From the sequence record MK308676.1: a DNA stretch of 64,000 bases. One strand, written 5' to 3'. Both the position numbers and the translations under genes were made by a program. The notes under the pieces are model-generated. The model was not told the origin of the DNA. It did not search any database and saw only the letters and a list, made by a program, of their open reading frames with translations. Positions 56,500 to 64,000 of the stretch are shown here, piece after piece; position 1 is the first letter of the stretch, and the number at the start of each line of letters is the position of its first letter.

Positions 56500-57546
56500 A
56501 TGACAAGTAAAAAAGTAAGAAGCATGGCTTGGTTCCGTGATTACTTTTCAGATGCTAATTCTGGAGTAGAGAATGGGATACCTGACGGTTTCGAAATCAC
56601 AAGTGAAAACGGTGCATTTACCATCGTTAAAATTGTAGGCGAGGACAGACACGTTCTTGGCTCCATGGGTATGGAAGAAAGCTTCTTCCGAGACTCCATA
56701 CGTACGGGTTCTTCTTCCGTACAAGTAGGTGGTCGACACTCCATGGGGTCGGCAGGTGAAAATGCCGGCTTCATTAATCTACATACAAACATTTTTTACC
56801 ATCCGGGATTATGGCACGGAATAGGCATCGATGGAGAAGACGACTATTTAGAAACCACTCGACATCTAGAAAAACTAGAAGAAGTGCAAACGGACGCGGG
56901 CGGCTACGGTAGTCTCTTTATCGATTACAACTTTTTAGCTAATCCGTTCTCTTTTAATTTCTGTCTTCATCGCGTCAAGTTTTGGCCTGAGGCGTACCGC
57001 GGTCGCATTGTTTGGGAAACCATAATGGATGGCGGTGAGGTATCGAAGGCTTATGCAGACATTGATACTGATGGAAACACAGAATATGTCTTGCAGTTAC
57101 CGTATCCGATTTTTGTCCCCAAAGGTAAAGCGGTTATTTATCGTGTAACAAAAGAAAACGGCGCATATCTAAGAATAAAGAACGGGGATACTGACCCAGC
57201 CGTAGGTATGCGTACTGGCTATCTAAGACGATACGATGACTACCAGGCGATTAATGGCTATTGTTTTATAACTGCTTCTGGAGATTATCTCCATAATGCA
57301 CATCACTTGGTAGATGCTTCGGGCGGTGCCATTGTTGTCGACGTTGAAGACAATAAACATTTAGCGGCGTTCTCAATTAGGGACGCTAACGGCACCATAG
57401 GCGGTGCCAACACTTTAGAAATACAGTTCGGCGGACAAGGTTCTGTTAACATTGTTAACCCTAATCACTATTATACTTTTGTTAAGGATAAAGCAGGCGA
57501 GTGGTGGGCACTCAATGAAATTACCGGAGTCAACCGAAAAGTTTAA
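56500..57546 (+). CDS. Putative tail/baseplate-associated protein
   Basis: First gene of the plus-strand fibre island; beta-rich C-terminus (VDASGGAIVVD..FSIRDA.GT.G). Confidence 0.65.
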   Translation: MTSKKVRSMAWFRDYFSDANSGVENGIPDGFEITSENGAFTIVKIVGEDRHVLGSMGMEESFFRDSIRTGSSSVQVGGRHSMGSAGENAGFINLHTNIFYHPGLWHGIGIDGEDDYLETTRHLEKLEEVQTDAGGYGSLFIDYNFLANPFSFNFCLHRVKFWPEAYRGRIVWETIMDGGEVSKAYADIDTDGNTEYVLQLPYPIFVPKGKAVIYRVTKENGAYLRIKNGDTDPAVGMRTGYLRRYDDYQAINGYCFITASGDYLHNAHHLVDASGGAIVVDVEDNKHLAAFSIRDANGTIGGANTLEIQFGGQGSVNIVNPNHYYTFVKDKAGEWWALNEITGVNRKV

Positions 57547-57569
57547 CCCTGTAAAAACGGAGTCGGTCC

Positions 57570-58493
57570 ATGACAGACACTATTATTATTACCTTAGGGG
57601 CTGATGTAAAAGCAGCCCAAGATACTGTAGGCGATGCGGACAGTGGACTGGTAAAGCAAGTTAATGACCTTTCCGGTCAATCCACTTCTTTTCTCGTTGA
57701 CCGAAGTGACAGCAGTCAAAATTTGGACACTTACCTTTCCCCAGGACGGTTTTATTTAAGTGCCGTCGATGACGCCCCATCCGCACTAGACGGTATATCG
57801 GAGTTTATTCTTAGCGTTAAGTCTGGACCTGTCGATGAAGACCATTATGTCGTTCAAGAAATTTCAGGTCTTAACAATTCGGACAATGCGCCAAAGCTCA
57901 CCAGAACTATTTTTGTAAATGCCGATGGCAGTTTAGGCCTAATCGGCTCATGGCGAGGCGTAGGCACAACCGTCGACATGGAAACTGCCATTGCTAGCCT
58001 AGATATTAAAACGCGTTATCCCGAAGTTACTGTCGGCAAACAATGGTCTTCTACTGAAACAGACGACTATGCAGATATTTTAGTGGGCCAAGAACTTTCC
58101 CCTAATTATACCGGCATTACTTTTGATTTGGAACTACGTACTCGTTTAAACGGCGGAGATTATCAGTGGGCTCTTTATGCTACTCCGTCGGGTGGGTCGG
58201 TTAACACAACATGTTGGTTTGCGAGAACCAGTGACCTGGGCACAGGTGGCGGTACACAGCGCGAAGCTATGACTAGCTATGTTAAGTTCAACCGTAACCA
58301 AAACTCGCGAGTGGCTGTAACGGGCTGGCAAGATATCGACAACCCTACAATCTTTACCTTAGTAGTTTCTCGCCACGGTAGTACCGACCCTGACGCTACG
58401 ATTATTAAGGGTGAGTACATGTTTAACGATTCGGACTACGGAATACTTAACTTCCGTGTTGTGGGCGTTAATGAAAACAACATAACGATATAA
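57570..58493 (+). CDS. Tail fibre/receptor-binding paralogue 1 (knob-like domain)
   Basis: N-terminal VGDADSGLVKQVNDL; NLD.Y..PG.FY...P knob-like motif. Confidence 0.65.
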   Translation: MTDTIIITLGADVKAAQDTVGDADSGLVKQVNDLSGQSTSFLVDRSDSSQNLDTYLSPGRFYLSAVDDAPSALDGISEFILSVKSGPVDEDHYVVQEISGLNNSDNAPKLTRTIFVNADGSLGLIGSWRGVGTTVDMETAIASLDIKTRYPEVTVGKQWSSTETDDYADILVGQELSPNYTGITFDLELRTRLNGGDYQWALYATPSGGSVNTTCWFARTSDLGTGGGTQREAMTSYVKFNRNQNSRVAVTGWQDIDNPTIFTLVVSRHGSTDPDATIIKGEYMFNDSDYGILNFRVVGVNENNITI

Positions 58494-58502
58494 GGAAGCA
58501 TC

Positions 58503-59432
58503 ATGAGTGATACAATCGTCCTAGGACTACAGGCTGACGTAGATGCCCTTAAAACTACCGTAGGTAACAATAGTTCAGGCTTAGTGCAAGCCGTCAACCA
58601 GTTAGAGTCCGAAGGCGGAAGCGAAATTACAGACCGCACTGGCGAAGTAGTAAACTTGAATAACGAGTTAAATCCTCAAGTGGCTTGGTTGTCTGAGGTT
58701 ACTAATCTCCCATCGGATGCCCCTACTACGGGAGCGCTCTATCTCTTGACAATAGAGGGCGTTCGAGACCAAGCCGAACAAACCGTGAAACAAACGGTTT
58801 CGCTCTTCATGCCAGGCAATGATTTCCCAGAAGGTCAATGGTCACGTCATGTCTACTTTAGTGGAAATGCCGTGAGTGGACGTTCTGATTGGCGAACGGA
58901 CCTTTTCACTGGCCCTCAATTGGACCGGTTCAGTATTTACCATGAAGAGATAGCACGATATTCCGGTAGACTTGTTGCAGCCGGTACTTCATCTGAAAAC
59001 TTTAATTCTCAGTTTATGGTTCCAGATACTAAAATTGGAAATGACAGTTCGGAGTTTAACATTCGTATTGACTCTTTCCTTTCAGGAACAACTCCCGGTA
59101 TTCGTATCTCGGCCGATAGTGCTAATACATGCAACTATTTCATGGGCTATATGCTGTCTAACGACTACGGTGCTAATGACACAGTAGAAGAGCAAGCCTC
59201 TGAACATTACGGTTCCATGACGCGAAGTCGCGATACGCGAGAATATAAACTAGGCCCACACGCCTCACGTCGTAGCGTTTACTTTAGAATCGTAATAGGT
59301 CGCGGTGGCGGTAACAATAAAGAAAACATGGTTGTCGAAGGCAACGTTACAAGAGGCGAAACAGACAACGAAGTTGTCTGGGCTTGTCGTGTGGTTTCCA
59401 ATAGCAAAAATAACGAGGTAGTCGATGTCTAG
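58503..59432 (+). CDS. Tail fibre/receptor-binding paralogue 2
   Basis: VGNNSSGLVQAVNQL; NLNN.L.P...NLP knob-like motif. Confidence 0.65.
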   Translation: MSDTIVLGLQADVDALKTTVGNNSSGLVQAVNQLESEGGSEITDRTGEVVNLNNELNPQVAWLSEVTNLPSDAPTTGALYLLTIEGVRDQAEQTVKQTVSLFMPGNDFPEGQWSRHVYFSGNAVSGRSDWRTDLFTGPQLDRFSIYHEEIARYSGRLVAAGTSSENFNSQFMVPDTKIGNDSSEFNIRIDSFLSGTTPGIRISADSANTCNYFMGYMLSNDYGANDTVEEQASEHYGSMTRSRDTREYKLGPHASRRSVYFRIVIGRGGGNNKENMVVEGNVTRGETDNEVVWACRVVSNSKNNEVVDV

Positions 59433-60375
59433 TCCAGATACAATCGTCATAAGTACCAAGTCTGACTTTGATGAGGTAAATACCGACATAGGTGATGCGG
59501 CAGCCGGATTAGTTAAAAGAGTCAACGACTTAGAGCTTTCTGGTGGCAATAAGCCTTATGAGAAACTTACATCGAGTTTAGATTTAAACTCGCTACAGGA
59601 AGACGGCGGATATTTTGCTACGGCCGTGACGAACGGTCCTCCGATGACAGCATTTGAAAACACGCACTATCCAAACTTTATGATTGAAGTGTCGTCTACC
59701 GCATCAAGCGGTGCGCGCATCATGAAAAAGAAACTCTATTGGATATCTGTTAACGGTTTTCAGGTTATATGGCAAAGAACTTATTCAGTGGCAGCAGATG
59801 ACACCGTTACGGCGGACGATGACTGGGAAGAAATAATACAGTCTCAATATTCTGGTTTACCGCGCGGAAAAGAATATGAGCTCGATAAGATGGAAAGTGG
59901 TGGCATCATAACTTTCACTACCAGCGATAACTTAGAAAGAACCGGATGGCTCTTAAGGAACTTTAGTTCAGCCATTACCGCTAACAGCGTACCTGCCTTA
60001 AGTATCCGAGTTAGATATCGTTATAACTCCGATAACCAGAGACAATATAAACTGGAACTGGTTACAGTGGCCGATTGGCTGGTTGCCTCAGCGTCTCTTT
60101 CTATAGGAGAAGCTACATCAACGGGTTCCGGCTCACATACCGAATTCTGCGATGAGTCATCTAGCATTGTACGTAACAACAATGAAATGGTTCTTTTCGA
60201 CTGGATGGATTCACGTCGTGCAGTACACGGGACCATTATGGTTGTTAACAACATCATTTCTGTTCCTACATCTGTGACGTTAGAACTCACTACATACATT
60301 ATCGACACCAACCGGGTGGCGTTACATGTTCGTGAAGTTTCAGCAGACCAAGCCGAACTAAGTTACCTACCATAA
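59425..60375 (+). CDS. Tail fibre/receptor-binding paralogue 3
   Basis: IGDAAAGLVKRVNDL; DLNSLQEDGGYFA...NGP knob-like motif. Confidence 0.65.
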   Translation: MSSPDTIVISTKSDFDEVNTDIGDAAAGLVKRVNDLELSGGNKPYEKLTSSLDLNSLQEDGGYFATAVTNGPPMTAFENTHYPNFMIEVSSTASSGARIMKKKLYWISVNGFQVIWQRTYSVAADDTVTADDDWEEIIQSQYSGLPRGKEYELDKMESGGIITFTTSDNLERTGWLLRNFSSAITANSVPALSIRVRYRYNSDNQRQYKLELVTVADWLVASASLSIGEATSTGSGSHTEFCDESSSIVRNNNEMVLFDWMDSRRAVHGTIMVVNNIISVPTSVTLELTTYIIDTNRVALHVREVSADQAELSYLP

Positions 60376-60382
60376 ATAAAAA

Positions 60383-60414
60383 TAGTATCTCTCTGTTTCG
60401 GTAGAGAGATACTA
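60383..60414 (+). terminator. Intrinsic terminator
   Basis: TAGTATCTCTCT...AGAGAGATACTA plus T-tract. Confidence 0.8.
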
Positions 60415-60519
60415 ATCTTTTTTAACAGGTGCCTTTAATAAGAGACAAATCTTTTAGAGAGAACTCTCTCCAACAAACCACCACACACGTCTTTAAGACA
60501 ATATAAGGGAAGCTTAATT

Positions 60520-61041
60520 ATGGGTTTCACAACAGTTTCTAATACTGCCTTTTTCGGAGGAGGCGGTGGTCCTGGCGGCGATGATGCGGGCTATTCGCGT
60601 GTTTCATATTCGGCCGATGCGCGAGATATTAGCGCAGATACTTGGACCGGTCTTTTTCCCGGAGGCACGGTGCTCTCCAATGAAAGAGGCATGCCGGCAG
60701 GCGTCTCCGGTATAATCAACCCTAGCGGCATCAATCCGGGAACATTATCCGTAGATGACGTAATGGATTTTGAAGTTAACTTCTCTGTTACGCCAGAAAT
60801 AAATAACTGCGATGTAAAAGTCCGCCTCACTTTCACCCGAGGTGGCGAAACCATAACCTTCGAAGAAGACTTAGAAAAACTAAGCAAAGGTGCTGGTGAA
60901 GAATATTCATTAAAAGCCGGATGGACGCTTCCGTTTGAAGACAGCGACATGATAGGCAATCCAGTTAGTGTTGAAGTTTTAACTTCGGCGCCATGCGCAT
61001 TAAAAACAAAAACTTGCGTGGCGTACCTAACAAGAACATAA
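60520..61041 (+). CDS. Putative virion structural protein
   Basis: 173 aa, GGGGG linker, acidic beta-sandwich-like. Confidence 0.7.
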   Translation: MGFTTVSNTAFFGGGGGPGGDDAGYSRVSYSADARDISADTWTGLFPGGTVLSNERGMPAGVSGIINPSGINPGTLSVDDVMDFEVNFSVTPEINNCDVKVRLTFTRGGETITFEEDLEKLSKGAGEEYSLKAGWTLPFEDSDMIGNPVSVEVLTSAPCALKTKTCVAYLTRT

Positions 61042-61251
61042 CCACAAAACATTTAAAAACATCTCCTGGGATTTCTTTTTTCATTCCTTTTAGGTTACGA
61101 CTTTCTAGTAACCAACAATTCTTTTATACTATAACCCTTTTCCTTTTTTCCTGTGAGAAGTGCTATACGTTTTTCCCTAACTATACCACTATTGCGCTCT
61201 TATTGATAAATGATAAGATTCTTCAAACCTTTCTCTGTCGAGGGGCAAAGA

Positions 61252-62427
61252 ATGAATATTAAAGTTGAAGTAGGTACCCTAGTTACACATCTAACGATTG
61301 GGTCAATTGTACTTAACGTCACGGGCTCTACGCATGAACTCGTTGACTTAAGCGGGGATAATTCTGGCGACCCCGTGACGATACGTCGCAAAGACAACCA
61401 GCAAAAAGAAATTAAATCGGCAGCTTTGTCCGACTTTAAACAAAGCGATGGCTCCACTGCCCTCTTAACAGAAACAGGCATTAATGGCTTTAATGAACTA
61501 AAAGGCATCTTGTTTGACGACAATGCTTTGGACGCCAGCGACATTGAAGACTTTACGTCCGCTGTTCAAGCTGTAGCGGGTTCAGGCGGAGGAACGTTCC
61601 CTTCTAGTGGCGATGCAGGTACCCCGGCGGATTCTACAGTCAGTCCTATTACCGGTAAGACCTTTGGTGACATCCAAGGTAAAGGCGTTGCGGAAGCAAT
61701 CATGGAAGCATGGTTCCCTTCTGTTGTTCCCAACCAAGTAGCGCCTATTTTAGGTTTCACGTCTGGCTTAACAACAGCCGTTCTGGCCGGCAGCGATGTT
61801 TCTATGAATCTAGAATGGGCCTTTACGGCCAATGATTCTCAGGGTAAAACACCAGACCCTTATGTTTTAACTGCTGCACCTGGCGTGGGAGCACCGACGG
61901 TTCTTAACCCGGCGGATACGGATACGATTGCCACTTTAAACTTAACCGACGTAACTTCTAACTACGTTATAAGCTTGGAAGGCGACTATTTAGAAGGTGT
62001 CGTGCCTCAGGATAATTACGGAAACGACCAACCGGGGTCGCGTTTACCTGCCGGTACAGCTCAGACTAGCTTTACGCTTATTCCTTTCTGGAAAACTCAC
62101 CACGGCCTAGTAGCGACAAATACAGTTTTAGAAACGGACTCGGCGCTTCTACGTACCCAGCTGAATAACCTATCTGGGGAACAACAAGGAGCTATGACGT
62201 CTTTCTCTAATTTGACTATCGGCGCAGGGCAAGATTATCTAATTTGTATCCCTGGCACATACACTTCTGTAAATGCCGTCCGTGCCGGTTTCCCGGTTAA
62301 CATCGCGTCAGTTGAAGGTCAAATCACGCCAGATAACTACGCTGGGAGCGGGACCAATACATACACCGTTATACGCATCGAAGGACGGGCCGCTGACTCT
62401 GTTATCGATACATTGACTATATCTTAA
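61252..62427 (+). CDS. Putative virion fibre/decoration protein
   Basis: T/G/S/D-rich, Ig-like; start moved to 61252 (GAGGGG RBS). Confidence 0.7.
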   Translation: MNIKVEVGTLVTHLTIGSIVLNVTGSTHELVDLSGDNSGDPVTIRRKDNQQKEIKSAALSDFKQSDGSTALLTETGINGFNELKGILFDDNALDASDIEDFTSAVQAVAGSGGGTFPSSGDAGTPADSTVSPITGKTFGDIQGKGVAEAIMEAWFPSVVPNQVAPILGFTSGLTTAVLAGSDVSMNLEWAFTANDSQGKTPDPYVLTAAPGVGAPTVLNPADTDTIATLNLTDVTSNYVISLEGDYLEGVVPQDNYGNDQPGSRLPAGTAQTSFTLIPFWKTHHGLVATNTVLETDSALLRTQLNNLSGEQQGAMTSFSNLTIGAGQDYLICIPGTYTSVNAVRAGFPVNIASVEGQITPDNYAGSGTNTYTVIRIEGRAADSVIDTLTIS

Positions 62428-62437
62428 GGAGCTAGAC

Positions 62438-63241
62438 ATGTATATTGAAAAGTTTCCAGCTGCCTTTGAACCTTCCGTAAATGTACCCTTAGACAAAAGA
62501 ACTAAGATAGCTGACATTACTTCGGCAGATGCCGTTTTCTTGGCAACAGCCTATGTGGGCCTTGTTGTTTATGATGAGGCTACAAGTACTCTTTTTAAAA
62601 TCACTTCGACGGACGGCACACAAGACAACTTGACTTATGAAGAGTTAGGTGGCGGCTGAGTACCTACGTATTTTGCCGGACTTAGAACCACTGCTGACGA
62701 AGTCACTATGTCTGCTTCTGGGTTTGAGGCACTCGCCCACGGCGGGGCTAAGCAAAACCAGGTCTTTTTCGATAGCGGGGAGGATGACCTAGGTGACCTC
62801 ATTACTGCTCAGCCTATGTTGGCAACTATTCCTGCCGGGAGTTATAAGGTCGGAGACCAAATCCGTATAAAACGCGTGATGACCATTACGCCTCAAGTTA
62901 ACGGTACTCGCGGCACTAAGAACGCATACCCTACGGGGGCAAGTGACCAATACGCCTTTGTTGTAGAAAATCCGCCTAGTTCTGCGTTCGAGTTAGGTTC
63001 TGGAATTGGCGGCGATACCCATCTATACCCTCGTATCTTTAAAGAAGGCGCCGGGTATTGGGTAAGTAACCTAGGACATTCGCATGTAGTTGAAATTAAC
63101 CACGGCCATGAGGCTAGTTTCTCAGGCTATCAAACCACCATCAACGACTTAACTATTTCTTACAAGAAAGGGATGAGTCAGGCGGAAATTGATTTAAGGC
63201 AACCTACGTACTACTGTAATACCTTTATGGTTATTTACTAA
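62438..63241 (+). pseudogene. Virion protein interrupted by an in-frame TGA at 62657-62659
   Basis: ORFs 62438..62659 and 62708..63241 share a frame; the 16 codons between them are open; no RBS before 62708. Confidence 0.6.
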
Positions 63242-63256
63242 AGAAAATAAGAAACT

Positions 63257-63280
63257 CCCTCTAGTCCTAGGACTAGAGGG
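63257..63280. terminator. Perfect 24-bp palindrome, bidirectional terminator
   Basis: CCCTCTAGTC-CTAG-GACTAGAGGG between convergent genes. Confidence 0.8.
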
Positions 63281-63287
63281 ATTATTT

Positions 63288-64000
63288 CTATTTGTCTTCT
63301 TTTAGGCAGATGGTTTGGTCTGCGCGGCGGACATCTAACTTATCGATTTCGTCACGGTAACCATGTAGTTTAAAGCCAAGGTTAAGCGTTTCCATTTTGT
63401 TGAGCATGTCTTGAGCAATGCGTCGCACCGTCGGATGGACAGTAGGCCCGGACCTAAGCTCGGCCGTATAAACAGCATTGTCGATTGGGTAAGACGTTTC
63501 CGTTGCAACGCGGTAACCCATCGGTATGATGTATTCCCAGTCCCAATGTTCGTTGTCGCCCCAGCCATGTACCGTTAAGTCCATGTAGGTCTTGTGGATT
63601 TTATCCAGTAAAGCTTCTACGATAGAACGAGCTTCTTCAGGCATTTGCTCTAGGTACCACGGTTCGAAACCAATCTGTGTGCCTAGCGGACTACGAGAAG
63701 TATTGCCTTTACGATGGCGGTTTAGGTCACGGTAACCGCCGAAGTCAACATTGTAGTTGAACTTAAGACGTCCGAAGTTACCTAGGTAGTCGGCCAGAGG
63801 AGCATACTTAGGGCGCTCTGCTAGATGACGTGCCCATTGTTGGATGCCTACAGAGTCCAGTAGACGAGAGTCCATATGAACCTGTCCGATGGCATCACGA
63901 TGTGTTGGTGGGACAGCTGCGCTCGGCATCATCTGATGGTTAGCGCGGTGCTGCATAGACGCCCACATAGCGATGTCGTCCGTTAGCGAAGTAAACGACT
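63288..64000 (-). CDS. thyX: Flavin-dependent thymidylate synthase-like (ThyX/Thy1) protein, 5' end outside window
   Basis: VDFGGYRDLNRHR (RHR motif), GF..WY, YIIPMGY, ELRSG..VHPTVRRIA; frame open to the window edge. Confidence 0.7.
   Translation of the reverse strand, partial: SFTSLTDDIAMWASMQHRANHQMMPSAAVPPTHRDAIGQVHMDSRLLDSVGIQQWARHLAERPKYAPLADYLGNFGRLKFNYNVDFGGYRDLNRHRKGNTSRSPLGTQIGFEPWYLEQMPEEARSIVEALLDKIHKTYMDLTVHGWGDNEHWDWEYIIPMGYRVATETSYPIDNAVYTAELRSGPTVHPTVRRIAQDMLNKMETLNLGFKLHGYRDEIDKLDVRRADQTICLKEDK

Noticed and set aside
1366-63568. About 70 short ORFs from the track nested in or antisense to longer genes
   Set aside because: No RBS, atypical composition and full overlap with better-supported genes; only 10510 was retained, for its strong RBS.
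1-64000. tRNA, rRNA, CRISPR array, integrase, transposase or reverse transcriptase
   Set aside because: No cloverleaf/T-loop pattern in intergenic DNA, no regularly spaced repeat-spacer array, and no catalytic motifs seen; therefore no support for a DGR or a prophage boundary.

Overview
This window is a 64-kb segment of a large lytic dsDNA phage genome, most likely a phiKZ-like jumbo phage of a marine gammaproteobacterium; the Vibrionaceae-like host is inferred from the chemoreceptor. Coding is dense. Long minus-strand blocks of small hypothetical genes are interrupted by plus-strand islands of probable virion and receptor-binding genes, with strong palindromic terminators between them. Recognisable functions: HAD 5'-nucleotidase (partial), MazG-like NTP pyrophosphatase, NrdG, ThyX-like protein (partial), SF2 helicase, a degenerate UvsX/RecA-fold protein, a tandem HU/IHF-like protein, two BCS1-like AAA+ ATPases, NADAR-like and SLOG/DprA-like proteins, beta-helix tailspike-like proteins, and CBM5/12-like and knob-like fibre proteins. 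The most striking element is a complete phage-encoded methyl-accepting chemotaxis protein with an intact dCache_1 amino-acid-binding motif. It lies between a minimal YadA-type trimeric autotransporter anchor and a small secreted protein, forming a possible host behaviour/envelope-remodelling cassette. Also seen: three reading-frame lesions (two +1 frameshifts, one in-frame TGA) that may be recoding, decay or assembly error; apparent absence of GATC; recurring early-like and late-like promoter motifs; and a dispersed paralogue family. No tRNA, rRNA, CRISPR array or integrase was seen. All family assignments come from motif recognition by eye, not from database searches.
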